The translations under genes were made by a program, and so were the position numbers. 50,822 nucleotides of DNA. Origin: an uncultured Bacillales bacterium. GTDB lineage: Bacteria > Bacillota_I > Bacilli_A > RFN20 > CAG-826. Positions 16,323 to 25,451 of this stretch are shown piece by piece (position 1 is the stretch's first letter; every line of letters starts with the position of its first letter). Under the pieces are notes generated by a model. The model worked only from the letters and a program-made list of their open reading frames with translations. It did not search any database and had not been told where the DNA came from. The stretch spans positions 1 to 50,822 of the forward strand of contig CAMOSZ010000007.1 in NCBI GenBank assembly GCA_946625285.1, written 5' to 3'.

Positions 16323-18352
16323 AGATTGTCGGACTTGTTCCAGCCTTTAAGTCGAGTCATGATTGCTTTTATGGCGTATGAGTCGGTTGGCTTTAAATCT
16401 TCTTTTTTATTACCAAAGCACTCTACCCAAATCTCCATATTAGACACCATCGTTCTAGTTACGGTGCCAACTCGAGTTTTTCCGATATATTCATCACCGC
16501 GTAAGAATGCAAGACGTTCTTCTAAAGTCATCACATCCCAGTCGGTTGGAAGTTTTTTGTTTAAGTATTCGATGACAAGACCTTCGCGTTCATCTTGTTC
16601 CATCGCTTCATTTTGTTCGGACTGTGCAAGCTCTTCTAGCTCATAAGAGAGGAATAAAGGTTCGTCTTTGCTTGCTAACACTTTCACTTCCGCCCATATT
16701 TGGTCAACTTCAGCTTGGGTCAAATCCCACGCTTTTTTGCTTCCCTCACCAGTCGCCTTCACTACCCAGAAACGACGGTTGCCAGTAACGTCACGTAGGA
16801 AGCCGTTTTCACTATTAGTGGTAGCAAAGAATATACATTGTCTAGGATGACTTGTGACCCTTCTTCCAAAGGAAGCTCTGTACTTATCATCCTGTCTACT
16901 AATGAAAGCTTTGACCTTATCGACGTCAGCTTTTTTCATACCAGCTAACTCGCCGATTTCTAAGATCCAATAACCCTGCAACTTTTCAGCCGCGGTTTTA
17001 TCGTTCATATCAGAAACGCTTAATGAATCATTGAACCAATCCATCCCTAATTTTGCGATAAGGGTAGACTTGCCTGTTCCTTGCTTTGTGTTTAAGCAAA
17101 GGACACTATCAAACTTAAGTGCTGGTTTATAGACACGCATATAAGCAGCACATAACGTTTTCCTTATTACCGCTCGTACGTAGTTATTATCAGCCGCACC
17201 GAAGTAGTCTATTAAAAGCGTATCCACTCTATTAACGCCGTCCCATTCAGGTAGGGATTCGAAATACTGCTTAATTGGGTGGTAGCTTCTATCATCAGCC
17301 ACTTTGGTTATTGCCGTTAGATAAGTCTCTTTAGAGAAATGGCCATAAGTCTCATCGATATAACATATGATTTGAGCATCATCAGCATCTCGCCAAAACC
17401 TTGATGGATGGTTCCAAGGCACTTCGCCTATTATTTCCATCCCATCGGCTAGCTGATTAAAGACAATATTTTGGAGATATTTATCATTTCGTAATATTAA
17501 GAGCAAATTTTGAAGCGTATTAGCGATAATACCGTTTTTGCCATATTTGAGTTTCTTTTCCCAGTTTTGAGAAACGTACTCATCAGGTTTAACATAGTTA
17601 GGGTCCGCTAGAACTTTATTAGTCCAGAACTTTTTAACGCTAGGAATAATAGTCGCATCGATTTCCTCTTTTTCTAGAGGTGGCACCATATGTTCTTCGT
17701 TATAGCGGTAAATGGCTTCGACTGCTTCATCGCAGAAACCAATAGCTTTAACGATGATAGCGGCTTGTCTAGAGAGTTCGCAGTTACGCCCACCTTCTTT
17801 GGTTTTACCAATATTCTTTTCAAAGTCTTCCTCTTCAAAGAAGGTATCAACCGTCAAAGGTCCTTCTACCCACACTACTTCCGGAGCATCTGTCCCGTAG
17901 AAGAAACGAGCAGTATCCATCGCATTTGTGTCGATAAAAGGGAATTGAATGTATATTTGTTTTTTGATTAAATCGTAATCTTCTTTTGTGGTGATTTTAT
18001 TTATTGGAAATAGGACATGCGATTTTGGACGAGCAGGTTTACCGTCTTTTACTTTTAAATGGTTCCTACTTCTTTGAATCGCGAATCCTACGTTAGGGAA
18101 TGCTTTCTTAATGTCATCTACATCCTTCCAGTCACGAGGATCTTCGGAGTGGTCGTTGTCAATATCAACTATGACTACATCAGAACTTGTAAAGTTCTCT
18201 ATGCTTCTTTTGTTGTCTTTATACTCCGCTCCTACGAAGTCAAACTGGACGGCTTTTCTTAATGTGTCTTCACTGTCTACCACCACCTTAGTGGGATAGG
18301 AAGTATTCTTCGCTACCCCACGTTTAGCAGCAGTAAATAAAGAGAACTTCAT
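16268..18352 (-). CDS. primase-polymerase (AEP) fused to VirE/D5-like P-loop helicase
   Basis: N-terminus VVIVDIDNDH (DxD) and KSHVLFPI (sxH) resemble AEP motifs. C-terminal half has the Walker A NTKQGTGKSTLIAKLG typical of the VirE family. Confidence 0.8.
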   Translation of the reverse strand: MKFSLFTAAKRGVAKNTSYPTKVVVDSEDTLRKAVQFDFVGAEYKDNKRSIENFTSSDVVIVDIDNDHSEDPRDWKDVDDIKKAFPNVGFAIQRSRNHLKVKDGKPARPKSHVLFPINKITTKEDYDLIKKQIYIQFPFIDTNAMDTARFFYGTDAPEVVWVEGPLTVDTFFEEEDFEKNIGKTKEGGRNCELSRQAAIIVKAIGFCDEAVEAIYRYNEEHMVPPLEKEEIDATIIPSVKKFWTNKVLADPNYVKPDEYVSQNWEKKLKYGKNGIIANTLQNLLLILRNDKYLQNIVFNQLADGMEIIGEVPWNHPSRFWRDADDAQIICYIDETYGHFSKETYLTAITKVADDRSYHPIKQYFESLPEWDGVNRVDTLLIDYFGAADNNYVRAVIRKTLCAAYMRVYKPALKFDSVLCLNTKQGTGKSTLIAKLGMDWFNDSLSVSDMNDKTAAEKLQGYWILEIGELAGMKKADVDKVKAFISRQDDKYRASFGRRVTSHPRQCIFFATTNSENGFLRDVTGNRRFWVVKATGEGSKKAWDLTQAEVDQIWAEVKVLASKDEPLFLSYELEELAQSEQNEAMEQDEREGLVIEYLNKKLPTDWDVMTLEERLAFLRGDEYIGKTRVGTVTRTMVSNMEIWVECFGNKKEDLKPTDSYAIKAIMTRLKGWNKSDNLEQLPIYGRQRVYVKVEK

Positions 18353-18678
18353 TAGATATTGTTGCCTTTGGATTGAGTTTTGAGGACATTAACAATGAAT
18401 TCCAACCCTTCGATGATGGTTTGTAGTTCCGTATCACCACCGAGAACTAGACAAACTCCTTCATCGCCGTGTTCGTTTGTAAGTTTATTAACGGTAATAT
18501 CAGTGCCGCCTAAGTCACGGATTTGGATAAAAGTTCTACTTCCATGACCACTATCGCCACCATGATAACCATTTGTGCCAGCCACAACTTCAATTTGGTT
18601 AGCACTGCAGATTTCCCTTTTATAAACAGGGAATTTAATACCGCCTACATTGGCGTTACCTTTTTTAATGTCGTACAT
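18352..18678 (-). CDS. hypothetical phage protein (108 aa)
   Basis: Start moved to ATG 18678 (AAGGAGG SD; MYDIKKGNANV...). TAATG coupling to the primase gene. The longer track ORF would cover the intergenic motif. Confidence 0.55.
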   Translation of the reverse strand: MYDIKKGNANVGGIKFPVYKREICSANQIEVVAGTNGYHGGDSGHGSRTFIQIRDLGGTDITVNKLTNEHGDEGVCLVLGGDTELQTIIEGLEFIVNVLKTQSKGNNI

Positions 18679-18706
18679 CGTTTGTGTACCTCCTTGTTTT
18701 TTCAAG

Positions 18707-18739
18707 GGTTTATGGCGAATGCCTACCCCAAGTGTGCAA
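18707..18739 (-). promoter_or_regulatory. 33-nt phage motif, copy A (GGTTTATGGCGAATGCCTACCCCAAGTGTGCAA on the plus strand)
   Basis: 25/33 identical, gap-free, to copy B at 22849..22881, with identical 11-nt and 10-nt ends. Intergenic, 28 nt upstream of an SD-ATG on the minus strand. Confidence 0.55.
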
Positions 18740-18742
18740 TTT

Positions 18743-20692
18743 TTAGTCTTTTTTATAGAATTCTGTTTCATAGCCTTCTGCCTTTAATAGAAGTCCAGGA
18801 GCCCATTCAGGGGTTTGGCCCATGAGATTACAAACATCTTCTACTTTAGTAGACATAGGCACTTCTACGATTAGTTCATCATGGACATGAGCGACGATGT
18901 CATACTTTCCTTTAAAGTTTTTAATAGCGTGGGCGAGAACATGTCTAGCAAAAGATTGGACAATGTTTTCCGTTATTTTGCCGGGATAGATTTTGACCCT
19001 AGACCATTTCTTGGCCATATTAACGCCTTGGTATTCTATTTCTTCATTGCCCTTTTCATTCACGATGATTCTAGGTTTCACATAAGAAATGAAATGACCA
19101 CTAGGAAAGTCGATGAATAGCATTTGCGATTGATATCTAAATGTAAGTGGGCCTACAGCTACTCTGGTTTTTTCTTTAATGGCTTTAAAAGCGGCATCCC
19201 CTACCTTCTTCCAGAATCTGACGATATTTGGCGAAGCTTTTCTCCAACGATGAACAATTTCAGGTAATTCTTCATCAGGTATACCCATATCACTACTACC
19301 CATAGCAATTAGAGCTTGAGATCCTCCACCGAATCCGAGTGCAAGCTCGGCTATTTTCCCTTTTTGACGTTCAGGGTCATGCTTATGGATTTCTCTTCCA
19401 AACATTTGAGAAGCAGATGCACAGTAGATATCTTTGCCTTCTTTAAATGCATCGATACGCCACTGCTCTTTGGCTATATAAGCCAAAACCCTTGCTTCAA
19501 TACTACTGAAGTCGGCAACGATAAACTTATAACCTGGTTTTGGTATTAACGCGGTTCTAATTAATTGGCTCAATACATCAGGGACGTCATCAAAGAGCAT
19601 CTTTAAGGATTCGATATCACCTTTTTTGACGAGCTCACGAACCGCAGCAAGATTTTCAATGTTGTTTCTTTTTAGGTTCTGAAGCTGAATCCTTTTTGAC
19701 GACCAGCGTAAAGTCTTACATGAAGCAAAAGCGAATAAACCTCGAGCACGACCATCACTATTGGTACAGTCAAGCATTGCCTGATACTTCATAATTGATG
19801 TTTTAGAGGTCATTTCACGAAGTTTTAGCACTTCGGCGATATTTTGTTCGTTCACATCCTTTTTGAGGTCCAATAATGACTTTTTGCCTAATGAGTCGAC
19901 AACTATGCCATTACTAGCAAGCCAGTCTTTTAATTGTGAGACCGAATTAGGGTTATCTAAAGAAGTTAACGTTTTCATCTTTTCGATAAGCTCTTCGGAT
20001 ATCACTTTATTAATTTCAATGGCTTTTCTAGCTAACTCAAGATCGATGAGCGTACCCCTATCATTAATTTCTTCGGAATCCCAAAACTCTTCCCAAATGA
20101 ATTCAGGTACAGGATAGTTTTTGAAAGCTTGCTGTATGCCCATCTCGGCATAGACATCATAAGCGTTATAACGCTTGAAGGTCTGCCATTTCTCAGGAGC
20201 ATGGCATGGCAAGTTACGTGTGCGACCGTAGTTTTTCTTAGTAGGAAGGCAGGGAACTGTAAAGAATTTTATAAGTGCGGCTCCATCATCGAGCTTGTGT
20301 TTTTCAAGTTTAAGGACTTCACCAACGCCTTTAAGGTTTAGGTTGATTCCCATGATGTTGGCCCATATCATTGTGTCTTTCCATCCTCTAGGGGATAGAT
20401 AAGTTCCTACTGGTAGGCCAATATATTTTGATAAACAATATCTTTCAAATTGAGTGTTGAATGCCCATTTGGTGACTTTGTCATCTTGAAGAGCATCGAT
20501 GAATTCTTGTGGAGGTGTTTCCCCTGAAGCAACATCCACCACTTTTACCTCTTCACCATCAAACGAATAACCAATCAGTAATACAGCAAAGTCGGGATGC
20601 TCGACATAGCAAGCGACTCCCGACTTTTTAAGATTAACTGGTGAGTAGGTTTCTAAGTCGATGGATAGATTACGATAAGAATTCGTCGTCAT
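18743..20692 (-). CDS. family A DNA polymerase with 3'-5' exonuclease domain
   Basis: SIDLETYS (Exo I), RQKGKIAELALGFGGG (motif B), HVHDELIVEV (motif C). The track start 20698 is a TTG; ATG at 20692 used. Confidence 0.9.
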   Translation of the reverse strand: MTTNSYRNLSIDLETYSPVNLKKSGVACYVEHPDFAVLLIGYSFDGEEVKVVDVASGETPPQEFIDALQDDKVTKWAFNTQFERYCLSKYIGLPVGTYLSPRGWKDTMIWANIMGINLNLKGVGEVLKLEKHKLDDGAALIKFFTVPCLPTKKNYGRTRNLPCHAPEKWQTFKRYNAYDVYAEMGIQQAFKNYPVPEFIWEEFWDSEEINDRGTLIDLELARKAIEINKVISEELIEKMKTLTSLDNPNSVSQLKDWLASNGIVVDSLGKKSLLDLKKDVNEQNIAEVLKLREMTSKTSIMKYQAMLDCTNSDGRARGLFAFASCKTLRWSSKRIQLQNLKRNNIENLAAVRELVKKGDIESLKMLFDDVPDVLSQLIRTALIPKPGYKFIVADFSSIEARVLAYIAKEQWRIDAFKEGKDIYCASASQMFGREIHKHDPERQKGKIAELALGFGGGSQALIAMGSSDMGIPDEELPEIVHRWRKASPNIVRFWKKVGDAAFKAIKEKTRVAVGPLTFRYQSQMLFIDFPSGHFISYVKPRIIVNEKGNEEIEYQGVNMAKKWSRVKIYPGKITENIVQSFARHVLAHAIKNFKGKYDIVAHVHDELIVEVPMSTKVEDVCNLMGQTPEWAPGLLLKAEGYETEFYKKD

Positions 20693-21233
20693 CTTCAACT
20701 TCAGAGAAATCTTCTTCAGGGGATGCTTTACCGCCTAAGGCTGGTCCGTCACTCCATTTTTGAACATTATTAAGTGAAGCGGCGATACCTCTAGCGGTAG
20801 AAGTATTAAACGCGTAGAAGGTGATACTTACACGTCCGCGGATACCACTATAGACTTCTGAATGGTCTAAGATTGGGTTGCAGTCTCTATCGACGATACC
20901 AACTGGTTGAACGCTATTAGCATTGATGAAATAGCATCCAGCATAATCAGGATCATCAGGACGTTCAATATCTCCGTCTCTTAGAGGTGTTTTTAACGCC
21001 TCTAAAGGTGGAACTGACTTGGAATTGCCTTTTAATTTAGCAAGACCTTCTTCGTAAGCTGCTTTAATAGCGGCTTGGACTTTAGCCACATCTGGGCTAT
21101 CTTTCTTGATAATACAAGAGAGTGAGTATTTTGCTTGAGCACCTTCAGCTGCTGCTTTAGGTGTCCATAAGTTGGCGAATGAGAATAAAGTATCTTTGCC
21201 AAGGACTACTTTAGTTGGATTGACTTTTTCCAT
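20670..21233 (-). CDS. DUF2815-type phage ssDNA-binding protein
   Basis: 187 aa, acidic tail (EEDFSEVEDDDEFLS). Position between DUF2800 and PolA is the conserved module order. Confidence 0.7.
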   Translation of the reverse strand: MEKVNPTKVVLGKDTLFSFANLWTPKAAAEGAQAKYSLSCIIKKDSPDVAKVQAAIKAAYEEGLAKLKGNSKSVPPLEALKTPLRDGDIERPDDPDYAGCYFINANSVQPVGIVDRDCNPILDHSEVYSGIRGRVSITFYAFNTSTARGIAASLNNVQKWSDGPALGGKASPEEDFSEVEDDDEFLS

Positions 21234-21251
21234 GAGTTTTCTTTTTCCTTT

Positions 21252-22385
21252 CTAATCATCTAAGTCTTTGAAGTCGGCTTCAGCGGAAGTCACTTCTGGT
21301 CGTTTGTCATCTCGCGTTGTTAATGTAAGTTTGCCTTTTGGCTTAACAATGAGATGACCAAGTAATTCATTAAATGTGCTTTTACCAAGCAAAGCTTGCA
21401 TATCAGTGATGGATAATAGTTTCTTTTCGTAAGGATCATATCCAGCTTCACTAACGATGCGGGCCACAGACTCTTCGTCTTGGTACTTACGAGTCGCTCT
21501 GCCCTCAACTAATTTATAGTTTTTATATTGCTTGCCGTGTATGGCTTCATTTAATGCGTATTCTTTAACGGAATTAATCCAGTTAACGAATTCATCAGCT
21601 TTTGAAAGTACCTCTTCCACTTCGTCATCACTCATAAGGAATGCTGGGCGGAATTCATGTTTGGCTAATTCGAGATTGGCATCTCTTAAAGCCTTACAGA
21701 ATGGTTTTGCTTTGCAAAATTGACAGTGTTTGCCGGGATGGAATGTAACATCACCATCTCTAATGGCTTTGACTCCTACCTTAAGGACATTCTCTACCCA
21801 GTCATTAAGTTCTTTGACAGATATTGTCCATTCGGATACAGAGTTTAATCTTGGTTGATAAATGCATAGGGTTACTTCTTCAAAGTCATATAGGTCACCG
21901 AATGTTTCTAAACAGCAAACCGCATATGTCATTTCTTGAAAATTGTTCTTAGCAGATACAGGAACCCCTTTGCCGTATTTGAAGTCAATTATTAGTAATT
22001 GCTTTCCTGCTAATATCGCACAGTCGGTCGTCCCGAAGAGGTCTTCATCAATGTTTGGAGCAGATACTCTTGTTTCAACCATCATTGATGCATCGCTGCA
22101 TGACTTTTTAGCTTCTTCTAGTTTTTCGGTGCAGTAATTAACGTAGCCTTCGACATGTTCTTCCATCTCTTTGTTTTTCCAAACGAGGGATTCGATGTCT
22201 TCATCAGGTGTAACGCCGATTCTTTCCTTTAAACGATAAGCCGCTAAAGTGTGTGCTTCTGTACCCTCATCAGAGAATAAACTTCCTTGATCAGGGATAT
22301 CTTTGCTAGCTTCGTAGCTGCCATAACACGCTAATAAGCGTGCCATAGCTGATGGGCTAAATATTTTTGCGTGGACATCAGGCAT
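21252..22385 (-). CDS. DUF2800 / Cas4-like PD-(D/E)XK nuclease
   Basis: Start moved to ATG 22385 (MPDVHAKIFSPS...), which overlaps the upstream stop by 8 nt. Has a D..(D/E).K core (LLIIDFKYGKG) and the C-terminal Cys cluster CQFCKAKPFCK. Confidence 0.72.
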   Translation of the reverse strand: MPDVHAKIFSPSAMARLLACYGSYEASKDIPDQGSLFSDEGTEAHTLAAYRLKERIGVTPDEDIESLVWKNKEMEEHVEGYVNYCTEKLEEAKKSCSDASMMVETRVSAPNIDEDLFGTTDCAILAGKQLLIIDFKYGKGVPVSAKNNFQEMTYAVCCLETFGDLYDFEEVTLCIYQPRLNSVSEWTISVKELNDWVENVLKVGVKAIRDGDVTFHPGKHCQFCKAKPFCKALRDANLELAKHEFRPAFLMSDDEVEEVLSKADEFVNWINSVKEYALNEAIHGKQYKNYKLVEGRATRKYQDEESVARIVSEAGYDPYEKKLLSITDMQALLGKSTFNELLGHLIVKPKGKLTLTTRDDKRPEVTSAEADFKDLDD

Positions 22386-22701
22386 TGGTAATCGCCTCCG
22401 CATCATGAAGAAGAGTTTCATAGTCTTCCTCTTTAACATCGGATAAGCGATTCGCACCGTACTTAACGAGAAGTTCTTTCACTTCTTTGGTATGTCCATC
22501 GCGGGAGAGGTTAGTTAAATAACTTCTAACTTCCTCTAGTGTGATGACCTTCTTAGAGGCTTCCACCACTGGTTTCTTTTCTTCAGGTTCAGCGGTAATG
22601 AGCTCAACGAAGGCATCAATTTCTTTGATTAATTTTGTGGCAACTTTTTCAAGTTCTTTGGCCACTTTAACGATTGTTTCAATCTTATCTAGTAATTCCA
22701 T
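22378..22701 (-). CDS. hypothetical acidic coiled-coil phage protein (107 aa)
   Basis: ORF coupled to the downstream nuclease gene; no family recognised. Confidence 0.55.
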   Translation of the reverse strand: MELLDKIETIVKVAKELEKVATKLIKEIDAFVELITAEPEEKKPVVEASKKVITLEEVRSYLTNLSRDGHTKEVKELLVKYGANRLSDVKEEDYETLLHDAEAITNA

Positions 22702-22718
22702 GTTAACTTATGTCCTTT

Positions 22719-22805
22719 CTATAAAATTTTTACTAGGTTTTTGTTTTGATAAGGCTTTGCCTTACTGCCTGACATTGTCGGGCCATCTCTTGCGTAATTT
22801 TGCAT
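22719..22805 (-). CDS. possible 28-codon leader ORF (MQNYARDGPTMSGSKAKPYQNKNLVKIL)
   Basis: AAAGGAG 7 nt upstream of the ATG, about 43 nt downstream of motif copy B. Too short to be confident. Confidence 0.25.
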   Translation of the reverse strand: MQNYARDGPTMSGSKAKPYQNKNLVKIL

Positions 22806-22848
22806 CTTTGTACTCCTTTTTAATTCGAGGCACCAACCTCTTTTCGAA

Positions 22849-22881
22849 GGTTTATGGCGGATACCATGTTGAAGTGTGCAA
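22849..22881 (-). promoter_or_regulatory. 33-nt phage motif, copy B (GGTTTATGGCGGATACCATGTTGAAGTGTGCAA on the plus strand)
   Basis: See copy A. Lies 9 nt downstream of the stop of the sigma-like gene and upstream of the replication-module genes. Confidence 0.55.
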
Positions 22882-22889
22882 AAAAACTA

Positions 22890-23468
22890 CTAGTCGCGAT
22901 TTAGTAGCCTTTTTAAATGGCACGCGACAAAGTAGCGAATTTCTTCTTTTTGTTTACACACGCTTGTACGTTTCTTCTTATCGTTAAAAACTAATAAAGC
23001 GATTTCGGTATCGTTTTTGTGTTCAAAGAAACTAAGCTTAAAAATTGCTCTTTCGATTTCAGATGCTTTAGCGAGGATCTTTTCGATTTGTTCAATTAGC
23101 CAATCATTATCAACACCACTTCTAGGTGATTCATTTGGATAGGCGAACTCTAAATCATATTCATCCTTTAAATAATCAAGAGATGCAGGTGGGACTACTT
23201 TGTAGTCTACATAGTATTCTTTATCGCTTGGTTTTTCCTTTTGTCTAACCCAGACATCGTCTTCCCCATAGCGAACTTCATAGTAAACGTCCTTTTGTTC
23301 ACGTCTTTCCGCATCACGGCGAATGTTGCGAACCTTATGGAACATTTCTTCTGTTGTTGGAATGTATCTAACTCTTTTCTTTTCATTGTCATAGAAAGAT
23401 AGATACGGTCCATTGATTTCTTTTGGGTCGTCAAAGATGACTTCCACTTTTTCTTCGTCTTTTTTCAT
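22890..23468 (-). CDS. sigma-70 region-4-like early regulator (first gene of the minus-strand phage block)
   Basis: 192 aa. The C-terminus ASEIERAIFKLSFFEHKNDTEIALLVF...VCKQKEEIRYFVACHLKRLL resembles an ECF-sigma r4 HTH. The N-terminal part is unassigned. Confidence 0.45.
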   Translation of the reverse strand: MKKDEEKVEVIFDDPKEINGPYLSFYDNEKKRVRYIPTTEEMFHKVRNIRRDAERREQKDVYYEVRYGEDDVWVRQKEKPSDKEYYVDYKVVPPASLDYLKDEYDLEFAYPNESPRSGVDNDWLIEQIEKILAKASEIERAIFKLSFFEHKNDTEIALLVFNDKKKRTSVCKQKEEIRYFVACHLKRLLNRD

Positions 23469-23765
23469 GTTTTTACCTCGTTGTCCTGCGAGATAAAGTC
23501 CATGAAGAAAGCAGCCTTAAAGAATGTCTGAGTTCATCATTAGCTAAATCTCGCTAATTTTTGAATTTGCAGACAACCTTGTAGATAGGCTGCGATTGCA
23601 ATTATTTTTACTGGTATCTACATAGCCGGCATTACCAGTTTTTTATGAGTCTGATCTGAACTATCACCACGCTGGTTATAATTCATTGTTCAAGCTCACG
23701 TTAAAATATTAAAATATAGGTGTTGTACCCACACGGTACGCGTTAAAGAAAGGATAAGAAAAATC

Positions 23766-25451
23766 GTGAGTAACTTTTCTAAATTCTTTTTAAGAATTTA
23801 TGAATTAAGAAATTCTTCTATAAAAAATAGAAAAGATTTTTTGACGGGCTTTTTTAATGCGGCCGGCAAAGACGGTCCAATATATTTAAGCGATGACACA
23901 TTAAAAAGTATCTGCAATGGTATTAGGAATCTATCTGAAGAATTAATGAATCATTTCCCAAATCCGTCGCTTACAAATAAAGAAAAAGAGTATCTCATGG
24001 ATACCCTTAACAAAAATAGAATATTAGACTTCTTTGATGCTTTTGACATCGACTCTGAAGAGAAACAAAATTATGAACTTCTCTGTAAAGCGATTGCTAT
24101 GCAATTTGAGAACTTTATGAAATACGGTGACATCGCCGGGGAAAGCAATAGCGTTAAAAAGCTGTATAAATATCTACTAGATTTAGACCTTCCTAAAGGA
24201 ATTGATAATAACGAAGATGCTGTTTATTCGGCAAAAACAATGTTTTTCAATGCCTTAAAAGAATTCGCAAAAGTAGATAAAAGCAAACCTTTGGTAGACA
24301 GTAGAGCTCAACTAGATAATGTTTTTCAAAATTTCTTCAATTCGTTTAAAGCCTTTGAGAAACGTTGCGACCATAAAGGACTAGCGATTTATCAAGATGT
24401 AAGAAATGAATTAATCTACAACAATGTGAGACTGAGTAAATATATAAAAATGGCTTCTGAGCCAGGATCACTTCCACTACCGATTCAAAAGGGTGCAAGC
24501 ATAATTGTCTATGACCATGTTGATTATCACGACATAAAGGCGTCGGTTATGCTGGACGAAGATGCTGTTTTTGGATTCAACAATACAATTAAAGCTATCG
24601 AAGGTACTGGGATACCTAAAAATAGAGAGTATGTTTTCTTCACAGAACAATATGCCTTTTATCTAGATAGTGATAAAAAGAATCTTTTACCCGGACTATT
24701 TGATGCAATTACTGCTCTAACTAAATTTTGGAATAGAGTTGAAGACTTATTAGCAAGTTCAGATAGATTGAAAAAGCTAAACAAAAAGATACATGACCAA
24801 CTTCCTGAATGCAGAAAAAATGGCTTTGCTTATTACTATGATGGAACATACTATCCACTAACAAAGCAGATAATATATGACACGATGATTGAAGATTTGG
24901 TATTTGACGAAAACGGTTATACCGTTTATACCGAAGATATCCCTATCCCATTCAAAGAAAATCCTGTTCTTAAAGGGAATTCTTTTGAAGAAATGTTTAC
25001 GAACTATTTAGACCGCATTTTAAATAGCGTTAGAAAAGCAAACGGTTTCTTATCAACTGAATGCTTGTTGATTACCGAAGACAACAATGTCAGATGGATG
25101 GCAACACAATCTATGTCCAGAGCAACTTTATCTAGAAAGATAAGAAAGATGGCAACTTTAGCATACAATAATCACGCCACCACTTTCTTTTGGGCATCTA
25201 TGCATGTTGGTTGCGAATTAGAACAAAACAATAGATATTATTTAGATAAAATGCCTAGAGAGAAATACAATTCTACATTGTTTATTTGCGTTTATGCTGG
25301 ACAGTACGATTCTATATTATCTTACTGCATAAGTGTCGATGACCTCTTAAAGAAATCTGAAATTGATATTAAAATAACTAATGACCCATTTATGGTATTT
25401 TTAGACCCTCTTTGGTTTGCAATAAGGAAGAGTCATGATGAGCAAAACTAA
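23766..25451 (+). CDS. large orphan protein A (561 aa), paralogue of the next gene
   Basis: Long ORF in AT-rich DNA. GTG start with only a weak AAAGGA 11 nt upstream, so the start is uncertain. Collinear similarity blocks with protein B. No enzymatic family recognised. Confidence 0.8.
   Translation: MSNFSKFFLRIYELRNSSIKNRKDFLTGFFNAAGKDGPIYLSDDTLKSICNGIRNLSEELMNHFPNPSLTNKEKEYLMDTLNKNRILDFFDAFDIDSEEKQNYELLCKAIAMQFENFMKYGDIAGESNSVKKLYKYLLDLDLPKGIDNNEDAVYSAKTMFFNALKEFAKVDKSKPLVDSRAQLDNVFQNFFNSFKAFEKRCDHKGLAIYQDVRNELIYNNVRLSKYIKMASEPGSLPLPIQKGASIIVYDHVDYHDIKASVMLDEDAVFGFNNTIKAIEGTGIPKNREYVFFTEQYAFYLDSDKKNLLPGLFDAITALTKFWNRVEDLLASSDRLKKLNKKIHDQLPECRKNGFAYYYDGTYYPLTKQIIYDTMIEDLVFDENGYTVYTEDIPIPFKENPVLKGNSFEEMFTNYLDRILNSVRKANGFLSTECLLITEDNNVRWMATQSMSRATLSRKIRKMATLAYNNHATTFFWASMHVGCELEQNNRYYLDKMPREKYNSTLFICVYAGQYDSILSYCISVDDLLKKSEIDIKITNDPFMVFLDPLWFAIRKSHDEQN

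Larger units (their letters stand above)
1..23468. mobile_element. Partial HK97-like siphovirus prophage (head-tail joining, head, packaging, cargo, replication, early genes). Left end runs off the window; right boundary uncertain (about 23.5 kb, or possibly up to the tRNA at 33.9 kb)
   Basis: Uninterrupted minus-strand string of about 30 phage-type genes with ATGA/TAATG/GTGA start-stop overlaps. Canonical order runs HNH - terS - terL - portal - protease - capsid - connectors. Visibly higher GC than the sequence right of 23.7 kb. Confidence 0.9.

Noticed and set aside
16103-16381. 92-aa plus-strand ORF across the VRR-NUC/primase gap
   Set aside because: It is made of the iteron array and the AT-rich spacer, has no SD, and lies opposite to all phage genes. 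The region is interpreted as a non-coding origin-like sequence.
22541-22987. 148-aa plus-strand ORF spanning two minus-strand genes and the motif-B intergenic region; likewise 18523..18825+ across motif A
   Set aside because: Antisense to well-supported genes and crossing a conserved intergenic element, so probably a chance open frame.
23207-23434. 75-aa minus-strand ORF inside the sigma-like early gene, and similar internal ORFs in host genes (e.g. 34497..34697-, 39378..39575-, 42269..42472-, 44195..44389-, 31736..31942-)
   Set aside because: Alternative frames nested in longer genes that carry recognisable motifs.
23621-23655. Hairpin CTGGTA-N16-TACCAG followed by TTTTTT as a plus-strand terminator or sRNA 3' end
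   Set aside because: The stem is only 6 bp with a 16-nt loop, and no convincing upstream promoter or gene exists on the plus strand. Noted within the early-region finding but not called as a feature.
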